From: a virus
Taxonomy: Duplodnaviria > Caudoviricetes
DNA length: 64,000 nt
Strand: one strand, 5' to 3'
Virus record (IMG/VR): IMGVR_UViG_3300028591_005215
Coordinates: 64,001 to 128,000 of that record
In this document: positions 1 through 8,903 of the stretch, one piece after another
Layout of the letters: each line of letters begins with the position of its first letter
Position numbering within the stretch: the first letter of the stretch is position 1
The notes under the pieces: model-generated
What the model was told of the DNA's origin: nothing
Database searches by the model: none
The model's input: only the letters and a program-made list of their open reading frames with translations
Program-made: the position numbers and the translations under genes

Positions 1-874
1 TGCTTATTCTGGCATCACTTTGACGTCTTATTGCAGCTTCTCTCTTAGTAATACCCTCTCCCCTCATAAGTCTTGATATTGGTTCTCCACACATTGAAAA
101 GTCTTTAACGCATACTTTTAATGTTTCTATTTGTGGATTACCTTTTTCAGCCAAGATTCTGTTAAAGTTATTTAATTTAATTCTTAAATTATCAATACAT
201 TTAAGAGTGTTTTCAGGAGTAGATGTAACTTCGTTTTGCGGAATTGGTGAAGAAAGATGGACATCCTTATTGAATAATTGGTTATATACTCTTAGAACGC
301 CTTCGCAAGCAGTTTTAAGGCAATCATTTATATCGAAAACACCAACTAATTTATAAATTTTATTGGCCATTGAAGCTCGCTCAGGAATCCTTTTAAGCAT
401 TTCACGCCCTTCTGCGTTAAACGAATTTATATTTAATTGCTCGTTAGGCAATTGTTTAGTTAAAATGTCCTTTGTTTTGATACTTGCTATATCAACTGTT
501 CTAGGGTCAACAACCATTGTGGATTGGGTCATAGGTTTATTTTTTTGCACTTTTGCAACACCTGTAGTCTCTAATGATTTTAATTGCGAAGTATACATCT
601 TAACACGTTTTCTTGCTAATGCAACACGATTAACGAAAAGCTTTTCAAGCATCATAGGATGATTTCTATGTGCATCTACTTTCTTTTTTTCAGCAACTGT
701 TAATTTGCTATAAATAAAATCATCGTCATCTTCATGCTGTATAATAGACTTTTCTAAAGCAATCGCTTTTTTGATTTCTTCAGGGTCATTTTTAGCTTCC
801 TTTATAATTTGTCTAACTGAATTTTCGATAATTCTGTGCAAATCACTTTCAGTTAACCTAATTAATTTCTTCAT
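1..874 (-). CDS. Hypothetical protein with MKKLIRLTE leader (partial, probably runs off the left edge); candidate internal head protein
   Basis: Hand translation from ATG at 874: MKKLIRLTESDLHRIIENSVRQIIKEAKNDPEEI..., open for at least the ~140 codons checked; N-terminus nearly identical to ORF 30387; ATATTTAT motif upstream (917-924). Confidence 0.7.
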   Translation of the reverse strand, partial: MKKLIRLTESDLHRIIENSVRQIIKEAKNDPEEIKKAIALEKSIIQHEDDDDFIYSKLTVAEKKKVDAHRNHPMMLEKLFVNRVALARKRVKMYTSQLKSLETTGVAKVQKNKPMTQSTMVVDPRTVDIASIKTKDILTKQLPNEQLNINSFNAEGREMLKRIPERASMANKIYKLVGVFDINDCLKTACEGVLRVYNQLFNKDVHLSSPIPQNEVTSTPENTLKCIDNLRIKLNNFNRILAEKGNPQIETLKVCVKDFSMCGEPISRLMRGEGITKREAAIRRQSDARIS

Positions 875-932
875 ATTTGATTATGTATTTTTTCTTAGGA
901 ATTTATATTTATAATTATAAATATCCGTTTAA

Positions 933-1148
933 ATGAAAAAAAGTGAAATAGAAAAACGTAAGCTTGCAAATCGTTTACGTAAAAAAATAAATGAAAATAA
1001 AAACGATAATATCATCATTAGTGATGGTAAAGTTTATTATTCTCTAAATGAAAGTGAACTAAGAAGTCTTGTTAGTGAAGCTGTTAAAAATGTTATTGCT
1101 GATAAACGTCCAAAAAGTGGTATCACCAAAAGAATTAATAACATGTAA
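933..1148 (+). CDS. Small hypothetical protein with LNESELRSLVSEAV motif
   Basis: 71 aa ORF; carries the same helical LxE..L..xxxE.V motif as the leader family. Confidence 0.55.
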   Translation: MKKSEIEKRKLANRLRKKINENKNDNIIISDGKVYYSLNESELRSLVSEAVKNVIADKRPKSGITKRINNM

Positions 1149-1187
1149 GCACTAAAAGTAATATGAGAAATAAAAATACGTAAAAAA

Positions 1188-2009
1188 ATGCTCATTAAAA
1201 AAATTATTAATGAAGTAATTAATGAAACTATAAGGGATAAAAACAATATACAGCGGAAATTAAATTCTGAAGTGTATAAATTTGCTAGAAGTATAACACC
1301 TGAAATCTTAGAAAGTTGCGTTAGTATTAAAGACGCAATAGGGTTAGGGTGTGTTGGTGATGAATATCAAGATTATGATTTAGCGTATGATAACCTTGAT
1401 AAAAGACTAGGATGGTTTGGTTTACAATTCGATACGCTTCTTATCCAGTTCGTAGATTATGATGATAGTGGGAAGAAAGCTGCTTTTGGTGAGTCAAGAG
1501 AAAGTAATGTTGCAATAATTGAATTAAGTCCTACAAGAATGTTAAGGTCAGTAAACCCTTCTATTACTATATATAGAAATTTAATTCATGAATTAACACA
1601 TTTATTAGATTGGTGTGACGCACAAAATGAAAATTATCCAGAAAATAATAAAAACATACTTAGTGATTTATTATATTGGCTAAGTAAAACTGAAATTCAA
1701 TCAAGACTTCAAGAAACATACGTTGTAGCAGCTAATTTACTAAGAAATATTGATTATATACCTAATATTAACGAACTAATTGAAATGACTAATGATGCGA
1801 GTAGATTAGATGATATTAAACTTGCATTATCAGAATTATCAAGTCAAAAAATTAGCAACAAAGATATATCTAACGCATCTAAAATGCTTAATATTAATTT
1901 TAATAACATTAGTCATACTATAGTAATTAAGTTGATTAAAAAAGAACTTACTAAAAGATTAATATATTTTCAAGAAAAACTTTATAAACTAATTGAAACT
2001 TTAATATAA
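1188..2009 (+). CDS. Zincin-like metallopeptidase (HExxH)
   Basis: LIHELTHLLD motif plus downstream E..S..QE; N-terminal IINEVINE leader. Confidence 0.6.
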   Translation: MLIKKIINEVINETIRDKNNIQRKLNSEVYKFARSITPEILESCVSIKDAIGLGCVGDEYQDYDLAYDNLDKRLGWFGLQFDTLLIQFVDYDDSGKKAAFGESRESNVAIIELSPTRMLRSVNPSITIYRNLIHELTHLLDWCDAQNENYPENNKNILSDLLYWLSKTEIQSRLQETYVVAANLLRNIDYIPNINELIEMTNDASRLDDIKLALSELSSQKISNKDISNASKMLNINFNNISHTIVIKLIKKELTKRLIYFQEKLYKLIETLI

Positions 2010-2012
2010 CAA

Positions 2013-2041
2013 AAAAGGCTGAGAAGTAATCTCAGCCTTTT
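2013..2041. terminator. Bidirectional intrinsic terminator
   Basis: AAAAGGCTGAGA-loop-TCTCAGCCTTTT between convergent genes. Confidence 0.8.
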
Positions 2042-2047
2042 ATATTA

Positions 2048-2515
2048 TTATTTTTTATAATATTCCAAAAACTTTTTCCAATATCCAGGTCTAACTTTTT
2101 TACTGTTAACACCACCATTCCAAATTCTGCATGCATTCATTGCAGATTTTGTTTTATTATATTGGTTCATTATTAAAATAAACATTTCTTTAGATTTTTT
2201 AATATTTAATCTATCAGCTAATGTATATTTTTTCTTACTACCTTTTCTTTTAAGAATGTTATTACATTCAGTTACAAGAATAGGTGTGATTTGTAAAATG
2301 CCAAGTGAATTCCCGTGAGAAGCTTTACTATCACCTCTACTTTCAACTTGAATTATAGCATCCATAATAGAATCCCATTTGGATGATTCATCTTCAACAT
2401 ATTCAACTTCCGTTGAAACATCCTCCTTCGTTTGATTTTCACCTGCGTATGTATTTACTGTGACAGCTAATAACATACTTAAAAACAAAAATACCTTTTT
2501 AAATTGTCTCATCAT
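2048..2515 (-). CDS. Lysozyme-fold / lytic transglycosylase with N-terminal signal peptide
   Basis: AIIQVES (catalytic Glu), GILQI and WNGG motifs; hydrophobic N-terminus after MMRQFKK; likely start ATG 2515 rather than GTG 2566. Confidence 0.75.
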   Translation of the reverse strand: MMRQFKKVFLFLSMLLAVTVNTYAGENQTKEDVSTEVEYVEDESSKWDSIMDAIIQVESRGDSKASHGNSLGILQITPILVTECNNILKRKGSKKKYTLADRLNIKKSKEMFILIMNQYNKTKSAMNACRIWNGGVNSKKVRPGYWKKFLEYYKK

Positions 2516-2528
2516 ATAAAATTTTATT

Positions 2529-2601
2529 GAGGTTCGTACAAATCTGATGTACGTTGTCTGCGGCACATGTGAGAGCGAGTTCTCCGCAGAAGGCTGACCT
2601 C
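2529..2601 (-). ncRNA. Candidate structured cis-regulatory RNA in the 5' leader of the transglycosylase
   Basis: GC-rich island with nested stems GAGGT/ACCTC, CGTACA/TGTACG, TCTGCGG/CCGCAGA. Confidence 0.45.
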
Positions 2602-2611
2602 TTATTATTAA

Positions 2612-2986
2612 CTACTTTTCTACAATAGAACCTTCCTTAGTAATATTATGATAATACCAAGCCTTGATTACTTTTTTTAAGAAATCATCACGTTCTTTTT
2701 TATCTGAAATTAAATTTTTAAATTCTTCTTGAACAACATAAAATAATTGCGTTGCAGTCAGTAACTTAGCAACCTCTTTTTTAGGGGTTAACCAAGCTAC
2801 TAATTCTTTGTTTGTCGGATGCCCATTATCATCATAAGAATTTTCATCTGCCCTTGAAAAACTCCCATCAAGAAACTTAACTACTGATAAAACCTTATCT
2901 GATTCATCACCATTAGTTAATGATTCATTCAAAATTGCTGAAAAAAGGACACCACGTTTATTTTCACTTATTATGATTTTCTTCAT
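2612..2986 (-). CDS. Hypothetical protein with MKKIIISE leader
   Basis: 124 aa ORF; leader motif; ATATTTAT upstream (3009-3016). Confidence 0.7.
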   Translation of the reverse strand: MKKIIISENKRGVLFSAILNESLTNGDESDKVLSVVKFLDGSFSRADENSYDDNGHPTNKELVAWLTPKKEVAKLLTATQLFYVVQEEFKNLISDKKERDDFLKKVIKAWYYHNITKEGSIVEK

Positions 2987-3015
2987 ACTATTATAACGTC
3001 CTATTTATATAAATA

Positions 3016-3615
3016 TTAAGAAAAATCTTTTAATCTATAATAATGTGATAAATCCCAATTTATACTGTCATTTTTACTTAAAATGTAAAATGAAGCTTGG
3101 GGTATTGTAAAAATTTTTTTAAAACCTAATCGTTTCCAATAATCATGTGATTTAAGGTCTTTTTCTACTGCGCACCAAATAAAATCAAATGATTCAGCAT
3201 ATTTTTTAATATACTTTAACATTTTAACATCTATTTTTTTACCTCTTAAACGTTCATCTATTATGAATGAATGACCATTTATTTGCGTGTATTGGTTTAA
3301 ATATTTGGATAGGTTAGGATTTACCAAATTAATTGGAGAGCCTTCGCATATGGGATAATATGCTATTAAAAGCAAGCCATATAGTTCGCCATCACGTGAA
3401 TCTATAAGCTTAACTGATTTATTTAAATCAATATTGCTATGAACTATCTGTTCAAATGCCATCATATTATCGCCTAAACCCCAACTTTTAGTTATAAATT
3501 CTATTATTTGTGGTACATCGTTAGGTACAGTTGACGTAATCTCGATGTTTTCCAATAGTTCTTCACCACTTAGTTCTAAGTTACCAAATCTATTGCATAA
3601 ATCTAAAGACATCAT
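3016..3615 (-). CDS. GNAT-family acetyltransferase
   Basis: FIIDERLRGKKI (motif A-like) and YWKRLGF; TATATTTG promoter box at 3637-3644. Confidence 0.7.
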   Translation of the reverse strand: MMSLDLCNRFGNLELSGEELLENIEITSTVPNDVPQIIEFITKSWGLGDNMMAFEQIVHSNIDLNKSVKLIDSRDGELYGLLLIAYYPICEGSPINLVNPNLSKYLNQYTQINGHSFIIDERLRGKKIDVKMLKYIKKYAESFDFIWCAVEKDLKSHDYWKRLGFKKIFTIPQASFYILSKNDSINWDLSHYYRLKDFS

Positions 3616-3760
3616 ACTTTTAAAGATTTACATTTGCAAATATATAAAAAATATTTTTAATTTTCAAATTTGCTTATTTTAAAGAAAAAATGGAAAGCAA
3701 TTACTTCAAATAACGCTTTCCATTAAAGGTTGTAAAAATATTTGAGAAAATATGAGAATC

Positions 3761-4891
3761 TTATTTAATTACTACTTCATTATCAATGCAAGTTGCACTA
3801 AAAACGTAATTTTTCTTATAGTCATTCTCCAGCATTAAATCAGTAATTTTATCTTCAATATTATCTTGAACAAGCCTAATAATAGGACGAGCACCAAATT
3901 CCTTTTGACTAACTGCTTTAACGTGTAAGTAATCTACTACTTTGTCATCATATTTTAAATCATAATGTAATTCATTTAATCTATTGGCTAATTTATTAAT
4001 TTCTAACTTAACAATAGTATTAAGATTTTCATCAGTCAAATTGTTGAAATAAACTATTTTATCAATTCTATTTAAGAATTCTGGTGTAAACTTCTTTTTT
4101 AATGACTTTTCTATGATAGATTTTTTATTTGCTGTCTCGTTAGTGTTAAAACCGACACCACCACCAAGTTCAGCAGATTCTTTAGCACCAATATTAGATG
4201 TCATTAGAACAATTACGTTTTTAAAATTAACAATTTGTCCTGCTGAATCAGTTAGTCTTCCTTCATCAAATAATTGCAAGAATAAATTATAAACTTCTTG
4301 GTCAGCTTTTTCTATTTCATCAAGAAGCAAAACGCAATGCTGCTTATTTTTAATTGCTTCTGTTAATTGACCACCATTTTCATATCCTATATATCCAGGT
4401 GCAGCACCAGTTAATTTAGCAACTGAATTCTTTTCAGAATATTCTGACATATCAATCCTGACTAAAGCCTTCTCATCACCAAAAATTTCTTCGGCAAGTT
4501 TTTTCGCAATTAGCGTGTTATGACTTAGTATTCCATTTGTAAAATATCTATGGTTTGAATTGTCAGACAACGCCAAATCGTACATCTCTTCATATTCATT
4601 TGTATTAATAACGTCAGTGACGGTTTCAATACCATTTATAGTATAGATTTTATCACCTACGGCAAAATCTTTTGCAAATTTTTCTTCTAATTTTTCATTG
4701 AAAAGAATGTGGTCATCTGCACATTCAAGTTCTTTACCACTGGATGTTTTAATAATATATTTCAGATAAGGTATTGTCTTGTTTATAGAAACGATGTCAG
4801 CAAACCCATTATCAGTCTCAACTTCGTAATCTGTAACATCAATTATTTCTGTAAATTTTCTATTTATAGTATTTGATAATTTTTCATTCAT
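3761..4891 (-). CDS. Split intein C-fragment fused to the C-terminal half of a ClpC/ClpB-like AAA+ ATPase
   Basis: CADDH (block B), MYDLAL (block F), GILSHN|T (block G), then RIDMSEY, APGYIGY, LLLDEIEKA, PEFLNRID, FGARP; ATG at 4891 overlaps the upstream stop (ATGA). Confidence 0.9.
   Translation of the reverse strand: MNEKLSNTINRKFTEIIDVTDYEVETDNGFADIVSINKTIPYLKYIIKTSSGKELECADDHILFNEKLEEKFAKDFAVGDKIYTINGIETVTDVINTNEYEEMYDLALSDNSNHRYFTNGILSHNTLIAKKLAEEIFGDEKALVRIDMSEYSEKNSVAKLTGAAPGYIGYENGGQLTEAIKNKQHCVLLLDEIEKADQEVYNLFLQLFDEGRLTDSAGQIVNFKNVIVLMTSNIGAKESAELGGGVGFNTNETANKKSIIEKSLKKKFTPEFLNRIDKIVYFNNLTDENLNTIVKLEINKLANRLNELHYDLKYDDKVVDYLHVKAVSQKEFGARPIIRLVQDNIEDKITDLMLENDYKKNYVFSATCIDNEVVIK
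4517..4891 (-). mobile_element. C-intein (about 125 aa) of a naturally split intein
   Basis: Hint blocks B, F, G; ends His-Asn before Thr+1. Confidence 0.85.
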
Positions 4892-6090
4892 TTTTTTAAA
4901 AAATTTATACATTCATTAATTACTTTTTCTTTATTTTCCCTATAATCTTTTTCCCACACTACAAACTCTTCAAATCCATTTCTTTCAGCAATATTTTTTT
5001 TATCTTCATCTATTTCCCAAAGTTCTTTAGCTGTCTTATCGTGAAATGGATTTGGTTTATCAGATGGCTTAAACATTTTTGGGTTAGCATGATAAATATC
5101 TCCGTTAAATTCAATGAATTTTCTTTTATTCAAATCACAGAAATCGTACCTATAGTAAAAATTATTGTCATTTTTTAAAGTATATTCTCTATTTTTATCT
5201 TCATAAAAAACAAAATCTTTTTCTTCTTCTGGATATTTTTTCAATATTTCGCCAAAAAGCTCTTGGGATATTTTGGAATAACCTAGTTGATGAAAACCAG
5301 TTTTGTTTAGGCTATCTTGCCATTTTTCTTGTCTTTTCTTCCATCTTTTTAGTCCTTCATTTTCTCCGTATTTTTTTATGCACTTTTTAAGTGAAAATGT
5401 GGATTGTATTTCAGCAACTTTTTCCTTAGCATCATTCTCAGAGTAACCTTTTTCAATCCAGTGTTCTATGCACCTAACACTATTTTTTCTGCGTTCGCTT
5501 TTGCTTTTTGATGCATTTCTTTTAGCAAGTTCTGTTTGATATTCAGATACTTTTTTTTTAGCATCATTTTTAGAATAACCTCTTTTAAGCCAGTATTCAA
5601 CACACCAAATGCTTCTTTCTTTAAAGAATTTATTGCAATCTTTGCCAAGTGATTCTATATATTTTTTGTTAACTATTGGTACTTTACCAGCAGCTTTTTT
5701 ACCCCTTTCAGATTGCATTTTTGATATTATTTCTTTTCCTTCATTTTTAGAATAACCTTTTTTAAGCCAATATTCTATACACAACTTATTACGCTCCTTC
5801 ATATATTCATTAATGAAGTCGTCATCGAATCCACGTTCTAATAGTCCTTCACGAGAACTATGCCAATGCTTGATGAATGGAATTTTTTTAATAACATCTT
5901 TTATTAGTGTTAATTTGTTTATTTTTCCATCATTTAAACAATAGTAATCAAAGCAATCTTTTAATGCGTTTATTATTTTTGGATTTTTAAAGTTTAGTAA
6001 AGGATTAAATGACTTTAATACTTCAACAAATTCATTAAAATTTAAATCGTCACCAAATGTTTTTCTTTTTTTATCTAATAATATTGTCAT
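4888..6090 (-). CDS. Free-standing Vsr-like (PD-D/ExK) putative homing endonuclease
   Basis: C-terminal YDF...IEFNGDIYHANP...VVWEKD; three C(I/V)E(Y/H)W.(K/E)(K/R)GYS repeats; lies between the split intein halves. Confidence 0.75.
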   Translation of the reverse strand: MTILLDKKRKTFGDDLNFNEFVEVLKSFNPLLNFKNPKIINALKDCFDYYCLNDGKINKLTLIKDVIKKIPFIKHWHSSREGLLERGFDDDFINEYMKERNKLCIEYWLKKGYSKNEGKEIISKMQSERGKKAAGKVPIVNKKYIESLGKDCNKFFKERSIWCVEYWLKRGYSKNDAKKKVSEYQTELAKRNASKSKSERRKNSVRCIEHWIEKGYSENDAKEKVAEIQSTFSLKKCIKKYGENEGLKRWKKRQEKWQDSLNKTGFHQLGYSKISQELFGEILKKYPEEEKDFVFYEDKNREYTLKNDNNFYYRYDFCDLNKRKFIEFNGDIYHANPKMFKPSDKPNPFHDKTAKELWEIDEDKKNIAERNGFEEFVVWEKDYRENKEKVINECINFLKK

Positions 6091-6114
6091 AATATTTTGT
6101 TTTCTATATAAATA

Positions 6115-7998
6115 TTATGATTTTTTATATTTATTGGCTCTACTGGCTAACTTTTTAAACTCTTCTATCGTAAGTTCTTGTATTTCAAGTGTTTTCTTAT
6201 TTCTAACCCTTATTTTCGTGTTTTTTGTAACGCATTTTCCACAACCCGTAGGACCTCCCATTAGGATGTTAGCCATAGTTTTTGTTTTATCACCAAGTCC
6301 TACCTTGTTTCTTTTAATGACTTTGCAAATAGCATCAACAGCTTCATCTTGCCCTATAACACTATTTTTTAAAATTTCATCAATATGTGCAATCTTCTTT
6401 TTTTCGTTTGAACTGAGCTTTGAAACAGGCACCTTTACCATTTCTGAAATTGTTTCATTAATATCATCTGCGTCAATAATTACTTCTTTTGATTTTTTAG
6501 ATGACTGCTCACGTTTATAATCACTTAATTCTTTTTTGATTACATTTTCTTCTAACGTAATAGCATCAATTTTTTCAAATTCTCCAGCATTAAGATACGT
6601 TGATTTTTCTTCTTCAATTCCATCTAATCTTTTTTTCATTGCAATAATTTCTTTTGGCTCTTTTTCACCGATTGATGTTGATGCGCCTGCTAAATCAATA
6701 ACATCAAAAGCAGAATCTGGTAAACTCCTATCAGTTATATACCTTTCAGCAAGTTCAACTGCTTTTTCTATTGCTTCATCAGTGTATTTAACATTATGAA
6801 ATTCTTCATAATAACCTTTAGACTGCTTCAAAGTTTCAATGGCTTCTTTAGTACTAGGTGCTTCAATAATGATACGTTGCATTTTTCTTGAAATAGACGT
6901 ATTAGATTCAATTGAATTTCTATAATCTTTAAATGTTGTTGTACCAATAACTCTAACATCACCGCCAGATAAAATATCTCCAATCATTCCTGAAATATCA
7001 GTATCTTTATCTTTAGTTCCACTTTTTAAAACATTCTGCATATCATCAATAAAAAGAATGTACTTTGATGATGATTTTAATTCATCAAATAATCCTTTAA
7101 TGCGTTCTTCAAACATTCCTCTAAAGTGTGTTCCAGAAACAATTGCCATAATATCAATCATAACGATTTCTTTACCTTCAAGTATTGATGGTACGTTACC
7201 TTTTGAAATCATAGATGCCAAACCATACACAATTTCAGTCTTACCTACGCCACCATTACCTACAAGAATTACGTTGTTTTTCTTTCGTCTTGCAAGAACC
7301 TTGATAATTTCATTAATTTCATCTTTCCTTCCTACAAGTTCATCAATTTTACCGTTCTTAGCTAATTCATTCAAGTTAGTTGTAAACTTTGACACATATT
7401 CGTCTTTTGTTACAACGCTTGAAGTATTTACTTCACTTTTTAGAGGGAAAATAGCTGGTTTAAGCGAATTACCAATTTTATTACTGATAAAGCCTTTAGG
7501 CCTTATTGCTTTTGGTGTATGTTTTGGTTTAACTTTGTCTTCACTGCATTTATCTAAAATAAAGCTATATTCAATCCCTACTGTTTTGAATACATCCTTA
7601 ATTTTAATTTCGTTAGATGGGTTTAAAATAGAAAGTAATACATGTTCAGTGCCAACTTTTTTAGAACCTGTTGCTTCCATTTCTTTTTCAGCATTTTCTA
7701 AAATTTTATTTAGCTCAAAATCAAAGTTTACTTTACTATTGTCTTTATTTTTTACAATTGGCTTAGAATGTTCCTTTAATACGTTTATATAAATTTCTTT
7801 TAGTTCATACATATTATTGGACATTAAACAATTGTCAAGTATCATATTTGCGTGACAATTCTTTGTATCAAGAATTGAAACCATTAAGTATTCAGGCGTA
7901 AAAATTTCAGTTGGGAATTCATTTACAAGGATATCAACCATATAAGTCAAGACACCCTGTAGCTCATAAGAATAAATATCGTTTTTGCTTTCACTCAT
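6115..7998 (-). CDS. ClpC/ClpB-like AAA+ ATPase N-terminal half ending in an N-intein
   Basis: Clp N repeats (GTEHVLL), VGRKDEI, RRKKNN, GNGGVGKT, RYITDRSLPD, VIGQDEA, GPTGCGK|CVTKNT. Confidence 0.9.
   Translation of the reverse strand: MSESKNDIYSYELQGVLTYMVDILVNEFPTEIFTPEYLMVSILDTKNCHANMILDNCLMSNNMYELKEIYINVLKEHSKPIVKNKDNSKVNFDFELNKILENAEKEMEATGSKKVGTEHVLLSILNPSNEIKIKDVFKTVGIEYSFILDKCSEDKVKPKHTPKAIRPKGFISNKIGNSLKPAIFPLKSEVNTSSVVTKDEYVSKFTTNLNELAKNGKIDELVGRKDEINEIIKVLARRKKNNVILVGNGGVGKTEIVYGLASMISKGNVPSILEGKEIVMIDIMAIVSGTHFRGMFEERIKGLFDELKSSSKYILFIDDMQNVLKSGTKDKDTDISGMIGDILSGGDVRVIGTTTFKDYRNSIESNTSISRKMQRIIIEAPSTKEAIETLKQSKGYYEEFHNVKYTDEAIEKAVELAERYITDRSLPDSAFDVIDLAGASTSIGEKEPKEIIAMKKRLDGIEEEKSTYLNAGEFEKIDAITLEENVIKKELSDYKREQSSKKSKEVIIDADDINETISEMVKVPVSKLSSNEKKKIAHIDEILKNSVIGQDEAVDAICKVIKRNKVGLGDKTKTMANILMGGPTGCGKCVTKNTKIRVRNKKTLEIQELTIEEFKKLASRANKYKKS
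6118..6234 (-). mobile_element. N-intein (39 aa) of a naturally split intein
   Basis: CVTKNTKIRVR...ELTIEEF block A pattern starting at Cys1 directly after the Walker A Lys. Confidence 0.85.
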
Positions 7999-8116
7999 AT
8001 TTTCTCTATTTTTATATAAAATATATAATAATATTTTAAAGAGTCAAATAAAATATTATATATATTATTAAAAATAAAATATATATTATTTTTTTTGTTT
8101 TATTAATTATTTTTAA

Positions 8117-8124
8117 TATATTTG
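8117..8124 (+). promoter_or_regulatory. Bacteroidetes-type primary sigma -7 box (TAnnTTTG)
   Basis: TATATTTG upstream of the KTSC-thyA operon; same box at 19473, 36366, 49356 (+) and 3637, 28838 (-). Confidence 0.6.
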
Positions 8125-8186
8125 TAATATACGCAATGGAACTATGAAGCCTATTGCTTAGTTTTTTTTAAAAAAAAAAGAAGTTT

Positions 8187-8651
8187 ATGAGTAAATTATT
8201 TAATTATTATGCAGATGATGTTGATAAAGTATGGTATCAAAGCAGTAATATAAAATATTCAGAATGCATTGATAACGATAATAAGCCTAAGACATTAAAA
8301 GTAGTGTTTTCTAACGGTACACAATATCAATACGATGATGTTGACGTTAGAGATTATTTATTGTTTAGAGAAGATGATTCACAGGGTAAAGCACTAAACA
8401 AATTTATTAAATCAAAAGGTTATCAATTTACAAAATTACCCAATGCAGATTTAAATTTAATTAACGAAGAGTATGAATTTAGAACAGGTAATGGACTTCA
8501 AATAGAATCATTTGATAGTAGTAGCTTTAGAATCCTTGACAATAAAAATAATGAATTATATAGTATAAAAAATGCAGATGAATCTTCGTATGAAGATATA
8601 GTTAAAGATATTCTTAGTGCCGTAGGCTTCAACGTCAAAATAAAAGTTTAA
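8187..8651 (+). CDS. KTSC domain protein
   Basis: SSNI...LKVVFSNGTQYQYDDV...SQGKALNKFIK pattern. Confidence 0.75.
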   Translation: MSKLFNYYADDVDKVWYQSSNIKYSECIDNDNKPKTLKVVFSNGTQYQYDDVDVRDYLLFREDDSQGKALNKFIKSKGYQFTKLPNADLNLINEEYEFRTGNGLQIESFDSSSFRILDNKNNELYSIKNADESSYEDIVKDILSAVGFNVKIKV

Positions 8652-8660
8652 TTTAAAATT

Positions 8661-8903
8661 ATGGAAAAATTTGACAATTATTTAATAGAAAATTCAAAAA
8701 CCTATAAGTCAGATATATCATGGGTGGATTGCTTTTATAATGATGCTGCAATGCGAATTATTAATGACTTGCTAACTCCGCAACTTATAGAAGAAATAGA
8801 CAGAGAAATAGTAAATTCTTTATCATCTAATCAATGGACTTGGAAAATTACGCAAAAGTCTGATGTTATTCCTAATAGCAGACCTTATCACTATGAGAAA
8901 TGA
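8661..8903 (+). CDS. Small protein resembling a major capsid protein segment (EIDREI helix)
   Basis: LTPQLIEEIDREIVNSL vs own MCP LSEQIAAEIDREILRDL. Confidence 0.65.
   Translation: MEKFDNYLIENSKTYKSDISWVDCFYNDAAMRIINDLLTPQLIEEIDREIVNSLSSNQWTWKITQKSDVIPNSRPYHYEK

Noticed and set aside
4888-6114. Group I intron explaining the interrupted clp gene
   Set aside because: No room for an intron core (24-nt gap on one side, ATGA overlap on the other); both halves carry intein motifs and their own start and stop
6134-7792. Plus-strand ORFs 6134, 6536 and 7058, and similar antisense ORFs elsewhere (363, 48373, 34975)
   Set aside because: Shadow frames opposite well-supported genes, with Ser/Ile/Phe-rich composition and no motifs
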